From Candidatus Limnocylindria bacterium (GTDB taxonomy: Bacteria; Chloroflexota; Limnocylindria; QHBO01): a stretch of DNA of 64,000 nt. The stretch lies in assembly GCA_036556745.1 (NCBI GenBank), contig DATBIW010000122.1, forward strand, positions 15,116 through 79,115. Direction: 5' to 3'. Positions 9,022 to 20,395 of this stretch are shown here, in pieces. Every line of letters begins with the position of its first letter. The first letter of the stretch is position 1. The translations under genes and the position numbers were made by a program. The notes below the pieces were generated by a model. It searched no databases. It had not been told where the DNA came from and saw nothing but the letters and a program-made list of their open reading frames with translations.

Positions 9022-10569
9022 GTGTCGACATCCGACAAGCTCGAACACCTGGAGGAACGCCGTCGCGCCTCGCTCCTGGGCGGCGGTGAGGACCGGGTGG
9101 CCCAGCAGCACGCGCGCGGCAAGCTGACGGCGCGCGAACGGCTCGAGATCCTGTTCGACGAGGACTCGTTCGTCGAGCTGGACGCGTTCGTCACCCATCG
9201 GACCACCGAGTTCGGGCTCGACGACGAGCGCTACCTGGGGGACGGCGTCGTCACCGGATGGGGGGCGATCGACGGGCGGACGGTGTTCGGCTACGCGCAG
9301 GACTTCACCGTCTTCGGTGGGTCGTTGTCCGAGGCGCATGCCGAGAAGATCTGCAAGGTCATGGACCTGGCGGTGTCGTCGGGGGCACCGATCATCGGCC
9401 TGGCCGATTCCGGCGGCGCCCGGATCCAGGAGGGGGTCGACTCGCTGGGCGGGTACGCCGAGATCTTCTGGCGCAACACACAGGTGTCGGGGGTGGTGCC
9501 CCAGATTTCGGTGATCCTCGGGCCCTGCGCCGGTGGCGCGGTCTACTCGCCGGCGATCACTGACTTCACGATCATGGTCGACGGGAGCTACATGTTCGTC
9601 ACCGGTCCGACGGTCGTGAAGACGGTGACCCACGAGGACATCGACTTCGAGGGACTCGGTGGCGCGCGGATTCACAACGAGGTGAGCGGGGTCGCGCACT
9701 TCCTGGCCGCGACCGAACCGGCCGCGCTGCTGCTGGCGCGGCAGCTGCTCGGCTACCTGCCGCAGAACAATGTCGATCCGGTGGTGCGTCTCGAGACGTG
9801 GTCGCCACCGGTTGCGTCAGGTGATGCCCTGGATGGCGTCGTGCCGGATTCGGCGCAGCACTCCTACGACATGCATCGCGTCATCGAGGGCATCGTCGAT
9901 GCCGATTCATTCCTCGAGGTCCACGCCGGTTTCGCGCGCAACATCGTCTGTGGCTTTGCGCGGATCGAGGGTCGCGCGGTCGGCGTCATCGCGCAGCAGC
10001 CCGACGTGCTGGCCGGTGTCCTGGACATCGACGCCTCCGACAAGGCCGCGCGATTCGTCCGGACCTGCGACTGCTTCAACGTCCCGCTGCTGACGTTGGT
10101 CGATGTTCCGGGTTTTCTCCCCGGGGTCGACCAGGAGCACCGCGGCATCATTCGTCACGGGGCCAAGCTGCTCTATGCGTATGCCGAAGCCACGGTGCCC
10201 AAGGTGACGGTCATCACCCGCAAGGCCTACGGCGGCGCGTACGACGTCATGAGCAGCAAGCACATCCGCGGCGACCTGAATTTTGCCTGGCCCACCGCGG
10301 AGATCGCGGTCATGGGCGTCGAAGGCGCGGTGAACATCGTCTTCAAGGATCGGATCGCGAAGGCGTCGGACCCCGATGCCGAGCGCGCGGCGCTGGTCAC
10401 CGAGTACGAGGAGCGATTCGCCAACCCGTATATCGCGGCCGGACGCGGGTATGTCGACGAGGTCATCCGCCCGTCCGAAACGCGGGCTCGGGTCGCGGCG
10501 GGCCTGACGATGCTCGAGGGCAAGCGCCAGCCCGGTCCGCGTCGCAAGCACGGCAACATCCCGCTCTGA
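9022..10569 (+). CDS. pccB: propionyl-CoA/methylmalonyl-CoA carboxyltransferase (acyl-CoA carboxylase beta subunit)
   Basis: 515 aa. Carboxyltransferase pattern throughout ([38 protein letters not shown]). GGAGGA Shine-Dalgarno upstream of the GTG start. Confidence 0.9.
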   Translation: MSTSDKLEHLEERRRASLLGGGEDRVAQQHARGKLTARERLEILFDEDSFVELDAFVTHRTTEFGLDDERYLGDGVVTGWGAIDGRTVFGYAQDFTVFGGSLSEAHAEKICKVMDLAVSSGAPIIGLADSGGARIQEGVDSLGGYAEIFWRNTQVSGVVPQISVILGPCAGGAVYSPAITDFTIMVDGSYMFVTGPTVVKTVTHEDIDFEGLGGARIHNEVSGVAHFLAATEPAALLLARQLLGYLPQNNVDPVVRLETWSPPVASGDALDGVVPDSAQHSYDMHRVIEGIVDADSFLEVHAGFARNIVCGFARIEGRAVGVIAQQPDVLAGVLDIDASDKAARFVRTCDCFNVPLLTLVDVPGFLPGVDQEHRGIIRHGAKLLYAYAEATVPKVTVITRKAYGGAYDVMSSKHIRGDLNFAWPTAEIAVMGVEGAVNIVFKDRIAKASDPDAERAALVTEYEERFANPYIAAGRGYVDEVIRPSETRARVAAGLTMLEGKRQPGPRRKHGNIPL

Positions 10570-10580
10570 CGCGGCCGCGC

Positions 10581-10596
10581 GTCTTTCCGCAAAGAC
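10581..10596. promoter_or_regulatory. 16-bp palindrome GTCTTTCCGCAAAGAC (candidate operator or RNA hairpin, copy 2)
   Basis: 14/16 identical to the 8875-8890 palindrome. Ends 1 nt before the GTG start of the biotin carboxylase gene. Confidence 0.45.
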
Positions 10597-10597
10597 A

Positions 10598-12115
10598 GTG
10601 ACGCCGCCGTTCCGTCGGGTCCTGGTCGCCAACCGGGGAGAGATCGCAATCCGGGTGATGCGCGCCTGCCGCGAGCTGGGCGTCGAGTCGGTCGCGGTTT
10701 ACTCCGATGCCGACCAGGATGCACCCCACGTCCGGGCCGCGGACCTCGCCGAGCGGATCGGTCCGACGCCGGCAGGCGAGTCCTACCTGGCGGGCGACGC
10801 GGTCATCGCCGCGGCGCGGCAGTCGGGCGCCGAGGCCATCCACCCGGGCTATGGGTTCCTCAGCGAAAGCCCGGCCTTCGCCCGGTCGGTCGAGTCGGCG
10901 GGTCTCGTCTGGGTCGGACCCCCGGCCGGGACGATGGAAGGACTCGGCAACAAGCTGGCCGCCCGACGGACGGCGGCCGATGCCGGCGTCGCGGTGACAC
11001 CCGGGTTGCTGGTCGCCGCCGGCGAGGCACCCGACGGCGAGCTGGACCGGCTCGGCCTGCCTCTGTTGGTCAAGGCCGCGGCCGGCGGCGGGGGACGGGG
11101 CGTTCGCCGGGTGGACCGGATCGACGAGCTGCCCGACGCCCTGGACTCCGCGCGCCGCGAAGCCGAGGCTGCGTTCGGTGACGGCACGGTTTACGTCGAG
11201 AAGCTCATCACCGTCGCGCGCCACGTCGAGGTCCAGCTGCTCGGCGACCGGCACGGCAACCTGGCCGTCCTCGGCGAGCGCGACTGCTCGGTGCAGCGCC
11301 GCCACCAGAAGCTGGTCGAGGAGGCGCCCGCGCCGAACCTCTCCACGGCGACCCGCGACGGGCTGGCGGCCGATGCCCGACGCGTCGCCGAGGCGGTCGC
11401 CTTCCACAACGCGGCCACCGTCGAGTTCCTCGTCGAGCCCGACGGCAGCCGGTGGTTCCTCGAGATGAACACCCGGCTCCAGGTGGAGCACGGCGTCACC
11501 GAGCTGGTGACCGGCGTCGATATCGTCGCCTGGCAGCTTCGGGTCGCGGCGGGGGAGCGGCTCGACGACGAGGTGCTCGGTGCGACGCCGCGCGGTCACG
11601 CCATCCAGGTCAGGCTCTATGCCGAGGACCCGTGGGCCGGCTTCGCCCCGACGCCGGGACGGCTCGGGGCGTGGGTCATGGCCGACGGCCCGGGGATCCG
11701 GGTCGACGGCGGCGTGGAGGCTGGGCAGGAGCTGCCGACCGCCTACGACGCCCTGCTCGCTAAGCTCATGGTCCACGCCCCCGACCGCGCGGCCGCGGTG
11801 TCCCGCCTGCGCCGAGCGCTCGACGAGACCGCCATCGGTGGCGTCCCGACCACGCTCGGGTTTCACCGCTGGCTGGTCGACCAGCCCGACTTCGTCGAGG
11901 GCCGCCACGACCTCCGCTTTGTCGCCACAGCCTGGGGCGAGGGACCACCGTTGGCGGTTGGGGACCGCGCCATGGCCGCCGCCGCCGTCCTCGCCGCGCA
12001 GGACGCCGCCCTCCCGGCTGCCACCCCGACCCCCGGAGCGCACCCGACCAACGGGGGGCGGCCGTGGACCCGGCAGGCCCGACTCGAGGCGATCGACCGG
12101 ACCGGGGACCCATGA
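10598..12115 (+). CDS. biotin carboxylase subunit of acyl-CoA carboxylase (no fused BCCP)
   Basis: 505 aa. RVLVANRGEIAIRVMRA N-terminus, ATP-grasp core and EMNTRLQVEH motif. Confidence 0.9.
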   Translation: MTPPFRRVLVANRGEIAIRVMRACRELGVESVAVYSDADQDAPHVRAADLAERIGPTPAGESYLAGDAVIAAARQSGAEAIHPGYGFLSESPAFARSVESAGLVWVGPPAGTMEGLGNKLAARRTAADAGVAVTPGLLVAAGEAPDGELDRLGLPLLVKAAAGGGGRGVRRVDRIDELPDALDSARREAEAAFGDGTVYVEKLITVARHVEVQLLGDRHGNLAVLGERDCSVQRRHQKLVEEAPAPNLSTATRDGLAADARRVAEAVAFHNAATVEFLVEPDGSRWFLEMNTRLQVEHGVTELVTGVDIVAWQLRVAAGERLDDEVLGATPRGHAIQVRLYAEDPWAGFAPTPGRLGAWVMADGPGIRVDGGVEAGQELPTAYDALLAKLMVHAPDRAAAVSRLRRALDETAIGGVPTTLGFHRWLVDQPDFVEGRHDLRFVATAWGEGPPLAVGDRAMAAAAVLAAQDAALPAATPTPGAHPTNGGRPWTRQARLEAIDRTGDP

Positions 12116-12591
12116 CCACCGACCGCCAGGTCCTCGTCGACGGCGAGGCCCTCGAGCCGGACGCGGGCTGGTCGCTCGCCTGGATCGACCCGTCGCGGGG
12201 GGTGGCTCTCCTCCGACGGGGCACGGAGCGCTCGCTGGTGACGATCGAGGGTGGTCCGGCCCAGTGGGTCGTCGTCCATCGCGGCCGGCGGATCCCGGTC
12301 ACCGTCCAGGGCCACCGCGAGCGCCTCCTCGCCGAGGCCGCCGAGACCGGCAGCCGCCACCACGGCCCGGCCGAGATCCGGGCCAGCCTCCCCGGCCGGG
12401 TGGCCCGGGTCCTGGTCGAGCCGGGCACGGAAGTCGAGGCCGGCGACCCGCTGGTGACCATCGAGGCCATGAAGATGCAGAACGAGATCCGCGCCCCGCG
12501 CGCCGGGCGCGTCCTCGAGGTCCTGGTCGGCCCCGGCGAGGCGATCGCCGGCGGCACGCTGCTGGTCCGGCTCGCCGAGCTCGACCCGTAG
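12112..12591 (+). CDS. biotin carboxyl carrier protein (biotinyl/lipoyl domain)
   Basis: C-terminal EAMKMQNEI biotinylation motif. ATG at 12112 forms an ATGA overlap with the biotin carboxylase stop. The track ORF begins earlier, at 12064. Confidence 0.8.
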   Translation: MTTDRQVLVDGEALEPDAGWSLAWIDPSRGVALLRRGTERSLVTIEGGPAQWVVVHRGRRIPVTVQGHRERLLAEAAETGSRHHGPAEIRASLPGRVARVLVEPGTEVEAGDPLVTIEAMKMQNEIRAPRAGRVLEVLVGPGEAIAGGTLLVRLAELDP

Positions 12592-12601
12592 AATCGGCGG
12601 C

Positions 12602-14211
<1,610 letters not shown>

Positions 14212-14215
<4 letters not shown>

Positions 14216-14643
14216 GCGGGCTCGGCCCCATCGACCACGTCGCCGTCGTCGTCGGGGACATCGACGAGGCGCTGCCGCGCTATCGGTCCCTCTTCGGCCT
14301 GGCTCCGGCCCATCCGGTCGAGGAGGTCGCCGCCCAGGGCGTCCGGCTGTGCTTCCTGCCCACCGGCCCGGCGCCGGCGGCCCGGATCGAGCTCATCCAG
14401 CCCACTGATCCCGAGAGCGGCGTGGCCCGTTTCCTCGAGAGCCGGGGGGAGGGGCTCCACCACGTCTGCTTCGGCGCCACCGACCTCGCCACCGAGCTGG
14501 CCCGCCTCGAGGCGGCGGGCGCCGAGCTCATCGACCGCCAGCCGCGGCCCGGCGCCGAGGGCCCGGTCGCGTTCATCCACCCGCGCACTCTGAACGGGGT
14601 GCTCTGGGAGCTCCTCGAGACGCCCCCCGCGGACGAGGGCTAG
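14212..14643 (+). CDS. mce: methylmalonyl-CoA epimerase (VOC/glyoxalase fold)
   Basis: GTG at 14212 gives a GTGA overlap with the mutase stop. [15 protein letters not shown]...GEGLHHVCF pattern. It is the in-frame tail of track ORF 12793..14643. Confidence 0.85.
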
Positions 14644-15515
14644 CCCACCGCCCCGCGCAGGAGCATGGGGATCTGGAGCGGAGAGTCGGCCACCCGGACG
14701 CCGGCCGCCCGGAGCGCCTCGCGCTTGGATTCGGCGGTCCCGGCCCCGCCCGAGATGATGGCCCCGGCGTGGCCCATCCGCCGCCCCGGCGGCGCGGTTC
14801 GGCCCGCGATGAACGCGGTCACCGGCTTGGTCATGTGCTTCGCGATGTGGGCGGCCGCCCGCTCCTCCTCGTCGCCGCCGATCTCCCCGATCAGGACGAC
14901 CGCCTCGGTGTCCGGATCGGCCTGGAACAGGTCGAGGACCTCGATGAAGCTGGTGCCCACGATCGGGTCCCCGCCGATCCCGACGCAGGTGGACTGCCCG
15001 ATGCCCTCATCGGTCAGGGCCTGGACGACCTCGTAGGTCAGGGTGCCGCTCCGGCTGACGACGCCGACCCGTCCGCGACGATGGATGTTGCCTGGGATGA
15101 TCCCGACCTTGGCCTGGCCGACCGACGTCGCGCCCGGGCAGTTGGGTCCCACCAGCCGGACGCCCTGCGTGCGGAGGGTGTGGTACACGCGGAGCATGTC
15201 CAGGGCCGGGATCCCCTCGGTGATGCAGAAGATGAGGCCGATGCCGGCCTGGGCGGCCTCCAGGATGGCATCGGGGGCGAAGGCCGCCGGCACGTAGATC
15301 ACGCTCGTGTTCGCCCCGGTCTCGCCGATGGCCTCCGCCACGGTGTTGAACACCGGGATCCGCCCGTTGAACGTCCACTGCCCACCCTTGCCGGGCGTGA
15401 CCCCGGACACGACCGGCGTGCCGTAGTCGAGCATGGCCTGGCCGTGGAACTGCCCCTCCCGGCCGGTGATCCCCTGGATGAGGAGGCGGGTCTCGGCGTT
15501 GACGAGGATGCTCAT
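14640..15515 (-). CDS. sucD: succinyl-CoA synthetase alpha subunit
   Basis: 291 aa. [11 protein letters not shown]-terminus, SRSGTLTYE and the GHAGAI active-site His loop. Confidence 0.95.
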   Translation of the reverse strand: MSILVNAETRLLIQGITGREGQFHGQAMLDYGTPVVSGVTPGKGGQWTFNGRIPVFNTVAEAIGETGANTSVIYVPAAFAPDAILEAAQAGIGLIFCITEGIPALDMLRVYHTLRTQGVRLVGPNCPGATSVGQAKVGIIPGNIHRRGRVGVVSRSGTLTYEVVQALTDEGIGQSTCVGIGGDPIVGTSFIEVLDLFQADPDTEAVVLIGEIGGDEEERAAAHIAKHMTKPVTAFIAGRTAPPGRRMGHAGAIISGGAGTAESKREALRAAGVRVADSPLQIPMLLRGAVG

Positions 15516-16658
15516 TCAGCTGCCCGCACCTTCGACCGCCTCGACCGCCAGCTGGGCGGCCTCGTCGAGGCTGTAGGCGGTCTGGAGGTCGGCCTGCTCG
15601 AGGATGAGGGCGGCCTCGTCGGCGTTGGTGCCCACGATCCGGACGACCATCGGCACCTGCCGCTCGAGCGCCGCCCGGGCCTCGACGATGCCGTGGGCCA
15701 CCTCGTCGCCCCGGGTGATGCCGCCGAAGATGTTGATGAGGACCGCCTTCACGTTCGGGTCGGCGAGGATGATCCCGAAGGCCGCCGCCACCCGCTCGTG
15801 GCGGGCGCCGCCGCCGATGTCGAGGAAGTTCGCCGGCTCGCCGCCGGCCAGCTTGACGAGGTCCATGGTCGTCATCGCCAGCCCGGCGCCGTTCACCATG
15901 CAGCCGATCGTCCCGTCGAGCTTGATGTAGCTGATGCCCGCCTCGCGGGCGGCGATCTCGGCCGGTTCCTCCTCGGCGAGGTCGCGCATGGCCTCGATGT
16001 CGGGGTGGCGGGGGAGCGCCGAGTCGTCGATGACCATCTTCGCGTCGAGTGCCAGGAGCCGGCCGTCATCGGTCACGACCAGGGGGTTGATCTCGGCCAG
16101 CTCGGCGTCGGAGCCGAAGAAGGCGGCCGCCAGCCCCTCGAGCACGCTCGCGAAGGTGGACCGATGGGCCTCGGGGATGGCGAGGAACGCGGTCACCGCC
16201 TCGGTGTCCGCCGGCTGGAGGCCGGCCAGCGGGTCGAGCGGGCGGCGGAGGATCGCGTGGGGGTTGGTCCGCGCCACCTCCTCGATCTCGATCCCGCCCT
16301 CCGCGCTGGCGATGACGGTGACCGCCTTCGCCGCCCGGTCGAGGATGAGGGCCAGGTAGAACTCGTGGCCGATGCCGACCGCCGGGGTGACGAGCAGGGT
16401 CCGGACCGGCCCGCCGCCGATCTCGAGGGCGAGGATGTCGGCCGCCCGCTGCTCCGCCTCGGCGGGGTTCGCGGCGAGCTGGACGCCGCCGGCCTTGCCT
16501 CGACCGCCGGCCAGGACCTGGGCCTTGACGACGACCGGCACGCCCAGCCGGGCGGCGGCATCGCGGGCCTCGGCCGGGGTCGTGGCGACCTCCCCGGGGA
16601 GCGTCGGGATCCCGTGACGGGCGAGGATCTCCTTGCTCCGGAACTCCTGGAGCTTCAC
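15516..16658 (-). CDS. sucC: succinyl-CoA synthetase beta subunit
   Basis: 380 aa. MKLQEFRSKEIL..VVKAQVLAGGRGKAGGV ATP-grasp N-terminus. Abuts sucD. Confidence 0.95.
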   Translation of the reverse strand: MKLQEFRSKEILARHGIPTLPGEVATTPAEARDAAARLGVPVVVKAQVLAGGRGKAGGVQLAANPAEAEQRAADILALEIGGGPVRTLLVTPAVGIGHEFYLALILDRAAKAVTVIASAEGGIEIEEVARTNPHAILRRPLDPLAGLQPADTEAVTAFLAIPEAHRSTFASVLEGLAAAFFGSDAELAEINPLVVTDDGRLLALDAKMVIDDSALPRHPDIEAMRDLAEEEPAEIAAREAGISYIKLDGTIGCMVNGAGLAMTTMDLVKLAGGEPANFLDIGGGARHERVAAAFGIILADPNVKAVLINIFGGITRGDEVAHGIVEARAALERQVPMVVRIVGTNADEAALILEQADLQTAYSLDEAAQLAVEAVEGAGS

Positions 16659-16719
16659 GCCCCGAGCGTACCCGACCGGGCCTCGTGGCCGACCGGCACC
16701 GGGCGCGCGCCTCGTTTCC

Positions 16720-16725
16720 TACACT
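16720..16725 (+). promoter_or_regulatory. TACACT -10-like hexamer 7 nt upstream of the icd GTG (possible leaderless transcript)
   Basis: Seen directly. The codons between 16685 and 16732 lose the GC3 bias, which argues that translation starts at 16733. Confidence 0.35.
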
Positions 16726-16732
16726 TGGACCC

Positions 16733-17755
16733 GTGACCTACGAGGTGACCCTGATCCCGGGTGACGGGATCGGACCGGAGATCGCGGCCGCCGCCCGCGA
16801 GGTGCTGGAGGCCACCGGCCTGACGTTCGACTGGGACGAGCAGGTGGCCGGCGAGGCGACCATGGCCAGCGAGGGCAACCCGCTGCCGGACCGGGTCATC
16901 GAGAGCATCCGGCGGACGAAGGTCGCCCTCAAGGGACCGATCACGACCCCGGTCGGGACCGGCTTCCGGAGCGTCAACGTCGCGCTCCGACAGGCGCTGA
17001 CCCTGTATGCCAACGTGCGGCCGGCGCGGAGCATCGCCGGGATCGCGTCGCGGTACGACGGAGTCGACCTCGTCATCGTCCGGGAGAACACCGAGGACCT
17101 GTACGCCGGGATCGAGCGCCAGGTGAGCGACGACGAGGCGGAGAGCATCAAGCGGATCACCCGCCACGCGTCGGAGCGGATCGCGCGTTACGCCTTCGAG
17201 TACGCGGTTGCCAACGGCCGGTCGACGGTGACCGCGGTCCACAAGGCCAACATCATGAAGCTGACCGACGGGCTCTTCCTCGAGTGCTGCCGGCGGGTTG
17301 CCGCCGACTACGAGGACCGGGTGGCCTTCCAGGACCGGATCGTCGACAACATGTGCATGCAGCTGGTCCAGAAGCCGGACGAGTACGACGTCCTGGTGGC
17401 CCCGAACCTGTACGGGGACATCATCAGCGACCTCGCCGCGGGCCTGGTCGGCGGGCTGGGCATCGCCCCGGGCGCCAACATCGGGGAGGACGCGGCCGTG
17501 TTCGAGGCCGTCCACGGGTCCGCCCCGAAGTACGCGGGCCAGGACCGGGCGAACCCGACCGCGCTCATCCTGTCGGGGGCGCTCATGCTCCGCCACCTCG
17601 GGGAGACTGAGGCCGGCGCCGCCGTCGAGGAGGCGGTCAGGACGGTCATCGGCCAGGGGGAGGTCGTCACCGCCGACCTCGGGGGATCGGCCGGGACGCG
17701 GGCCTACGGGTCGGCCGTCGCCGAAGCGGTGAGCGCCAGCCGGGCCGCCGCGTGA
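16733..17755 (+). CDS. icd: isocitrate dehydrogenase, NAD-type (isocitrate/isopropylmalate dehydrogenase family)
   Basis: LIPGDGIGPEI, LKGPITTPVGTGFRSVNVALR and LYANVRP motifs resemble NAD-IDH. TCA-cycle gene context. The track ORF starts at 16685; I prefer the GTG at 16733. Confidence 0.8.
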   Translation: MTYEVTLIPGDGIGPEIAAAAREVLEATGLTFDWDEQVAGEATMASEGNPLPDRVIESIRRTKVALKGPITTPVGTGFRSVNVALRQALTLYANVRPARSIAGIASRYDGVDLVIVRENTEDLYAGIERQVSDDEAESIKRITRHASERIARYAFEYAVANGRSTVTAVHKANIMKLTDGLFLECCRRVAADYEDRVAFQDRIVDNMCMQLVQKPDEYDVLVAPNLYGDIISDLAAGLVGGLGIAPGANIGEDAAVFEAVHGSAPKYAGQDRANPTALILSGALMLRHLGETEAGAAVEEAVRTVIGQGEVVTADLGGSAGTRAYGSAVAEAVSASRAAA

Positions 17756-18150
17756 CCGTTTCCGGCTGGCTGGCGCAGGCCCAGTCGCGCGTCGTTCGCT
17801 ACCGGGTCAGCTGGGCCCAGCTGGCGTGGTTCGGCCACCGACTGTCGGGGCTCGGCGTCCTGCTCTACCTGTTCATGCACATCGTCGAGACCTCGACCGT
17901 CCTGCTCGGGCCCGACGTCTACAACACGACCCTGGGCTTCTTCCGGAACCCGGTCATCCGGGCCGGCGAGATCCTGCTCATGGCGGCGCTCGTCTACCAC
18001 TCCCTGAACGGGCTGAAGATCATCCTCATCGACTTCGTCCCGGCGGCCACCGCCTGGTACCGGCCGCTCACCTACGGGGTCGTCATCGCCACCGTGGTGG
18101 CCATGGTCCCGATGTCGCTGATCATGTTCGCCCCGTTCGCCCCATGGTGA
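17752..18150 (+). CDS. sdhC: succinate dehydrogenase cytochrome b subunit
   Basis: 132 aa, three TM helices, with His in the HRLSGLGVLLYLFMH segment. GTGA overlap with the icd stop. Precedes sdhD/A/B. Confidence 0.8.
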   Translation: MTVSGWLAQAQSRVVRYRVSWAQLAWFGHRLSGLGVLLYLFMHIVETSTVLLGPDVYNTTLGFFRNPVIRAGEILLMAALVYHSLNGLKIILIDFVPAATAWYRPLTYGVVIATVVAMVPMSLIMFAPFAPW

Positions 18151-18154
18151 GCCG

Positions 18155-18592
18155 ATGAGCGTCGGACGCACTGTCTGGCTCGGCAACCCGCCGGCCCGCC
18201 GATCCCCGCCGGAGGGTGCCGGCCGCGAGCGGTTCTGGTGGTGGTTCATGCGCCTCAGTGGCCTGGCCCTCGTGATCCTGGCGCTGGGCCACATGCTGAT
18301 CATGCACGTCCTCGTGCAGCTCTCCGGCCAGGAGGTGGACTTCGCCTTCGTCACCAGCCGGTGGGGGACGCCGTTCTGGCGCATCTACGACGCGGTCCTG
18401 CTGGTCCTGGCCCTCATCCACGGGGTCAACGGCGCCCGGGTCGTGATCTCCGACCTGGTCCCGCGGGGCGGCGTCCGATCAGTGCTCATCGTCGGGCTGG
18501 GCCTCATGGCCGCGGCCTGGCTCCTGCTGGGGCTGATGGTCGTCATCTTCTTCAACCCCGACACCGCGCCCGCCGTCGGTCCGTTCTCGTGA
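18155..18592 (+). CDS. sdhD: succinate dehydrogenase hydrophobic membrane anchor subunit
   Basis: 145 aa, TM helices, conserved His ([10 protein letters not shown]). Positioned between sdhC and sdhA. Confidence 0.75.
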   Translation: MSVGRTVWLGNPPARRSPPEGAGRERFWWWFMRLSGLALVILALGHMLIMHVLVQLSGQEVDFAFVTSRWGTPFWRIYDAVLLVLALIHGVNGARVVISDLVPRGGVRSVLIVGLGLMAAAWLLLGLMVVIFFNPDTAPAVGPFS

Positions 18593-18602
18593 GGCCGGTC
18601 CG

Positions 18603-20393
18603 GTGAGCGTCCCGATGGTCGGGCGTGGCCCGGCCGCCCAGCCGCGCATCCATGTCCTGGATGCCGTCGTCGTCGGCGCCGGCGGGGCCGGCCTGTACGC
18701 CGCCCTCGAGCTGAAGCGCGGCCTCGGCGAGGGCGGACGGATCGGGGTCGTCTCCAAGCTGTACCCGACCCGATCGCATACCGGGGCCGCCCAGGGCGGT
18801 GTGTGCGCCGCACTCGGCAACACCGAGGAGGACCACTGGGAGTGGCACTGGTGGGACACCGTCAAGGGCGGGGACTACCTCGTCGATCAGGACGCGGCCG
18901 AGGTGATGTGCCGGGACGCGGTCCAGACGATCCGCGACCTTGAGCACCTCGGCCTCCCGTTCGACCGGACCCCCGACGGGCTGATCGACCAGCGGCGGTT
19001 CGGCGGCCACTCGCGCAACCACGGGGAGGCCCCGGTCCGACGCTCCTGCTACTCGGCGGACCGCACCGGGCACGCCATCCTCCAGACCCTCTACCAGCAG
19101 TGCATCAGGCACGAGGTCACCTTCTTCGACGAGTACCAGGTCCTCGACCTGCTCATGCCCGAGGGTCCCGACGGCCGGGTCAGCGGGGTGCTCGCCCTCC
19201 AGCTGGCGACCGGGGAGCTGACCGTGTTCCTGGCGAAGGCGGTCCTGTTCGCGACTGGCGGCTTCGGGATGGTCTACAAGGTCACCTCCAACGCCCACAC
19301 CCTGACCGGCGACGGGGTGGCCATCGTCTACCGCCGGGGCCTGCCGCTGGAGGACATGGAGTTCTTCCAGTTCCACCCGACCGGGATGTACAAGCTCGGC
19401 TTCCTGCTCTCGGAGGCCATGCGCGGCGAGGGCGGCATCCTCCTGAACGGGGAGGGGGAGCGCTTCATGGAGCGCTACGCGCCGACCATGAAGGACCTCG
19501 CCAGCCGCGACGTCGTGAGCCGGAGCATCTACCAGGAGATTGCCGCCGGTCGCGGGGTGAACGGGTCGGACTTCGTCCACCTCGACGTCCGCCACCTCGG
19601 GCGGGAGGTCCTCGACCACAAGCTTCCCGACATGGCCGGGTTCATCCGGACCTACTTCGGGCTCGAGCCGCTCAACGACCTGGTCCCCATCCAGCCGACG
19701 GCCCACTACGCGATGGGCGGCATCCCGACCGATGTCGACGGCCGCGTCCTGGCCGATGCCGCCGGCCGCCGGGTCCCCGGCTTCTACGCGGCCGGCGAGT
19801 GCGCGTGCGTCAGCGTCCACGGCGCCAACCGGCTCGGCACGAACTCGCTCCTCGACATCCTCGTCTTTGGCCGCCGCGCCGGGCTGGCGATGACCACCGA
19901 GCTGGCCGAGGTCCCCGGTCCGGACCGCGACCTTGCCGCCGAGGCCCGCGCCGCCGCCCAGCTGGCCGCCCTGCTGGGCGCGACCACCGGTGAGCGACCG
20001 GCCACCGTCCGGGCCGAGCTTCGCGAGCTCATGTTCCGCGACTGCGGGGTGTACCGGACCGCCGCCGGCCTGGCCGCCGCCCGAGAGGGCGTGGCCGCGC
20101 TCCGGAAGCGGGCGGGCTCGCTCCGGCTCGACGACCACGGCAGCCGCTACAACACCGACCTGACCGATGCCCTGGAGCTCGGCTTCCTCCTCGACTGCGC
20201 CGAGGCGATGGTCGTCTCGGCCGAGGCCCGGACCGAGAGCCGCGGGGCGCACGCCCGGGAGGACTTCCCCGACCGTGACGACGAGGTCTGGATGCGCCAC
20301 ACGCTCGCCACCCGCGGGCCGCACGGGGCCGTCAACCTGTCATACAAGCCGGTCACGGTGACCGAGTTCGCGCCAGCGCCACGGGTGTACTGA
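18603..20393 (+). CDS. sdhA: succinate dehydrogenase flavoprotein subunit
   Basis: 596 aa. FAD-binding [20 protein letters not shown] (covalent FAD His), HPTG and [10 protein letters not shown] motifs. Confidence 0.95.
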   Translation: MSVPMVGRGPAAQPRIHVLDAVVVGAGGAGLYAALELKRGLGEGGRIGVVSKLYPTRSHTGAAQGGVCAALGNTEEDHWEWHWWDTVKGGDYLVDQDAAEVMCRDAVQTIRDLEHLGLPFDRTPDGLIDQRRFGGHSRNHGEAPVRRSCYSADRTGHAILQTLYQQCIRHEVTFFDEYQVLDLLMPEGPDGRVSGVLALQLATGELTVFLAKAVLFATGGFGMVYKVTSNAHTLTGDGVAIVYRRGLPLEDMEFFQFHPTGMYKLGFLLSEAMRGEGGILLNGEGERFMERYAPTMKDLASRDVVSRSIYQEIAAGRGVNGSDFVHLDVRHLGREVLDHKLPDMAGFIRTYFGLEPLNDLVPIQPTAHYAMGGIPTDVDGRVLADAAGRRVPGFYAAGECACVSVHGANRLGTNSLLDILVFGRRAGLAMTTELAEVPGPDRDLAAEARAAAQLAALLGATTGERPATVRAELRELMFRDCGVYRTAAGLAAAREGVAALRKRAGSLRLDDHGSRYNTDLTDALELGFLLDCAEAMVVSAEARTESRGAHAREDFPDRDDEVWMRHTLATRGPHGAVNLSYKPVTVTEFAPAPRVY

Positions 20394-20395
20394 CG

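Noticed and set aside
7983-9206. 407-aa version of the parA ORF
   Set aside because: The upstream 149 codons run antisense through the tRNA(CAT) gene and the intergenic region and are compositionally non-protein-like. The conserved ParA sequence starts at the GTG at 8759, which has a Shine-Dalgarno.
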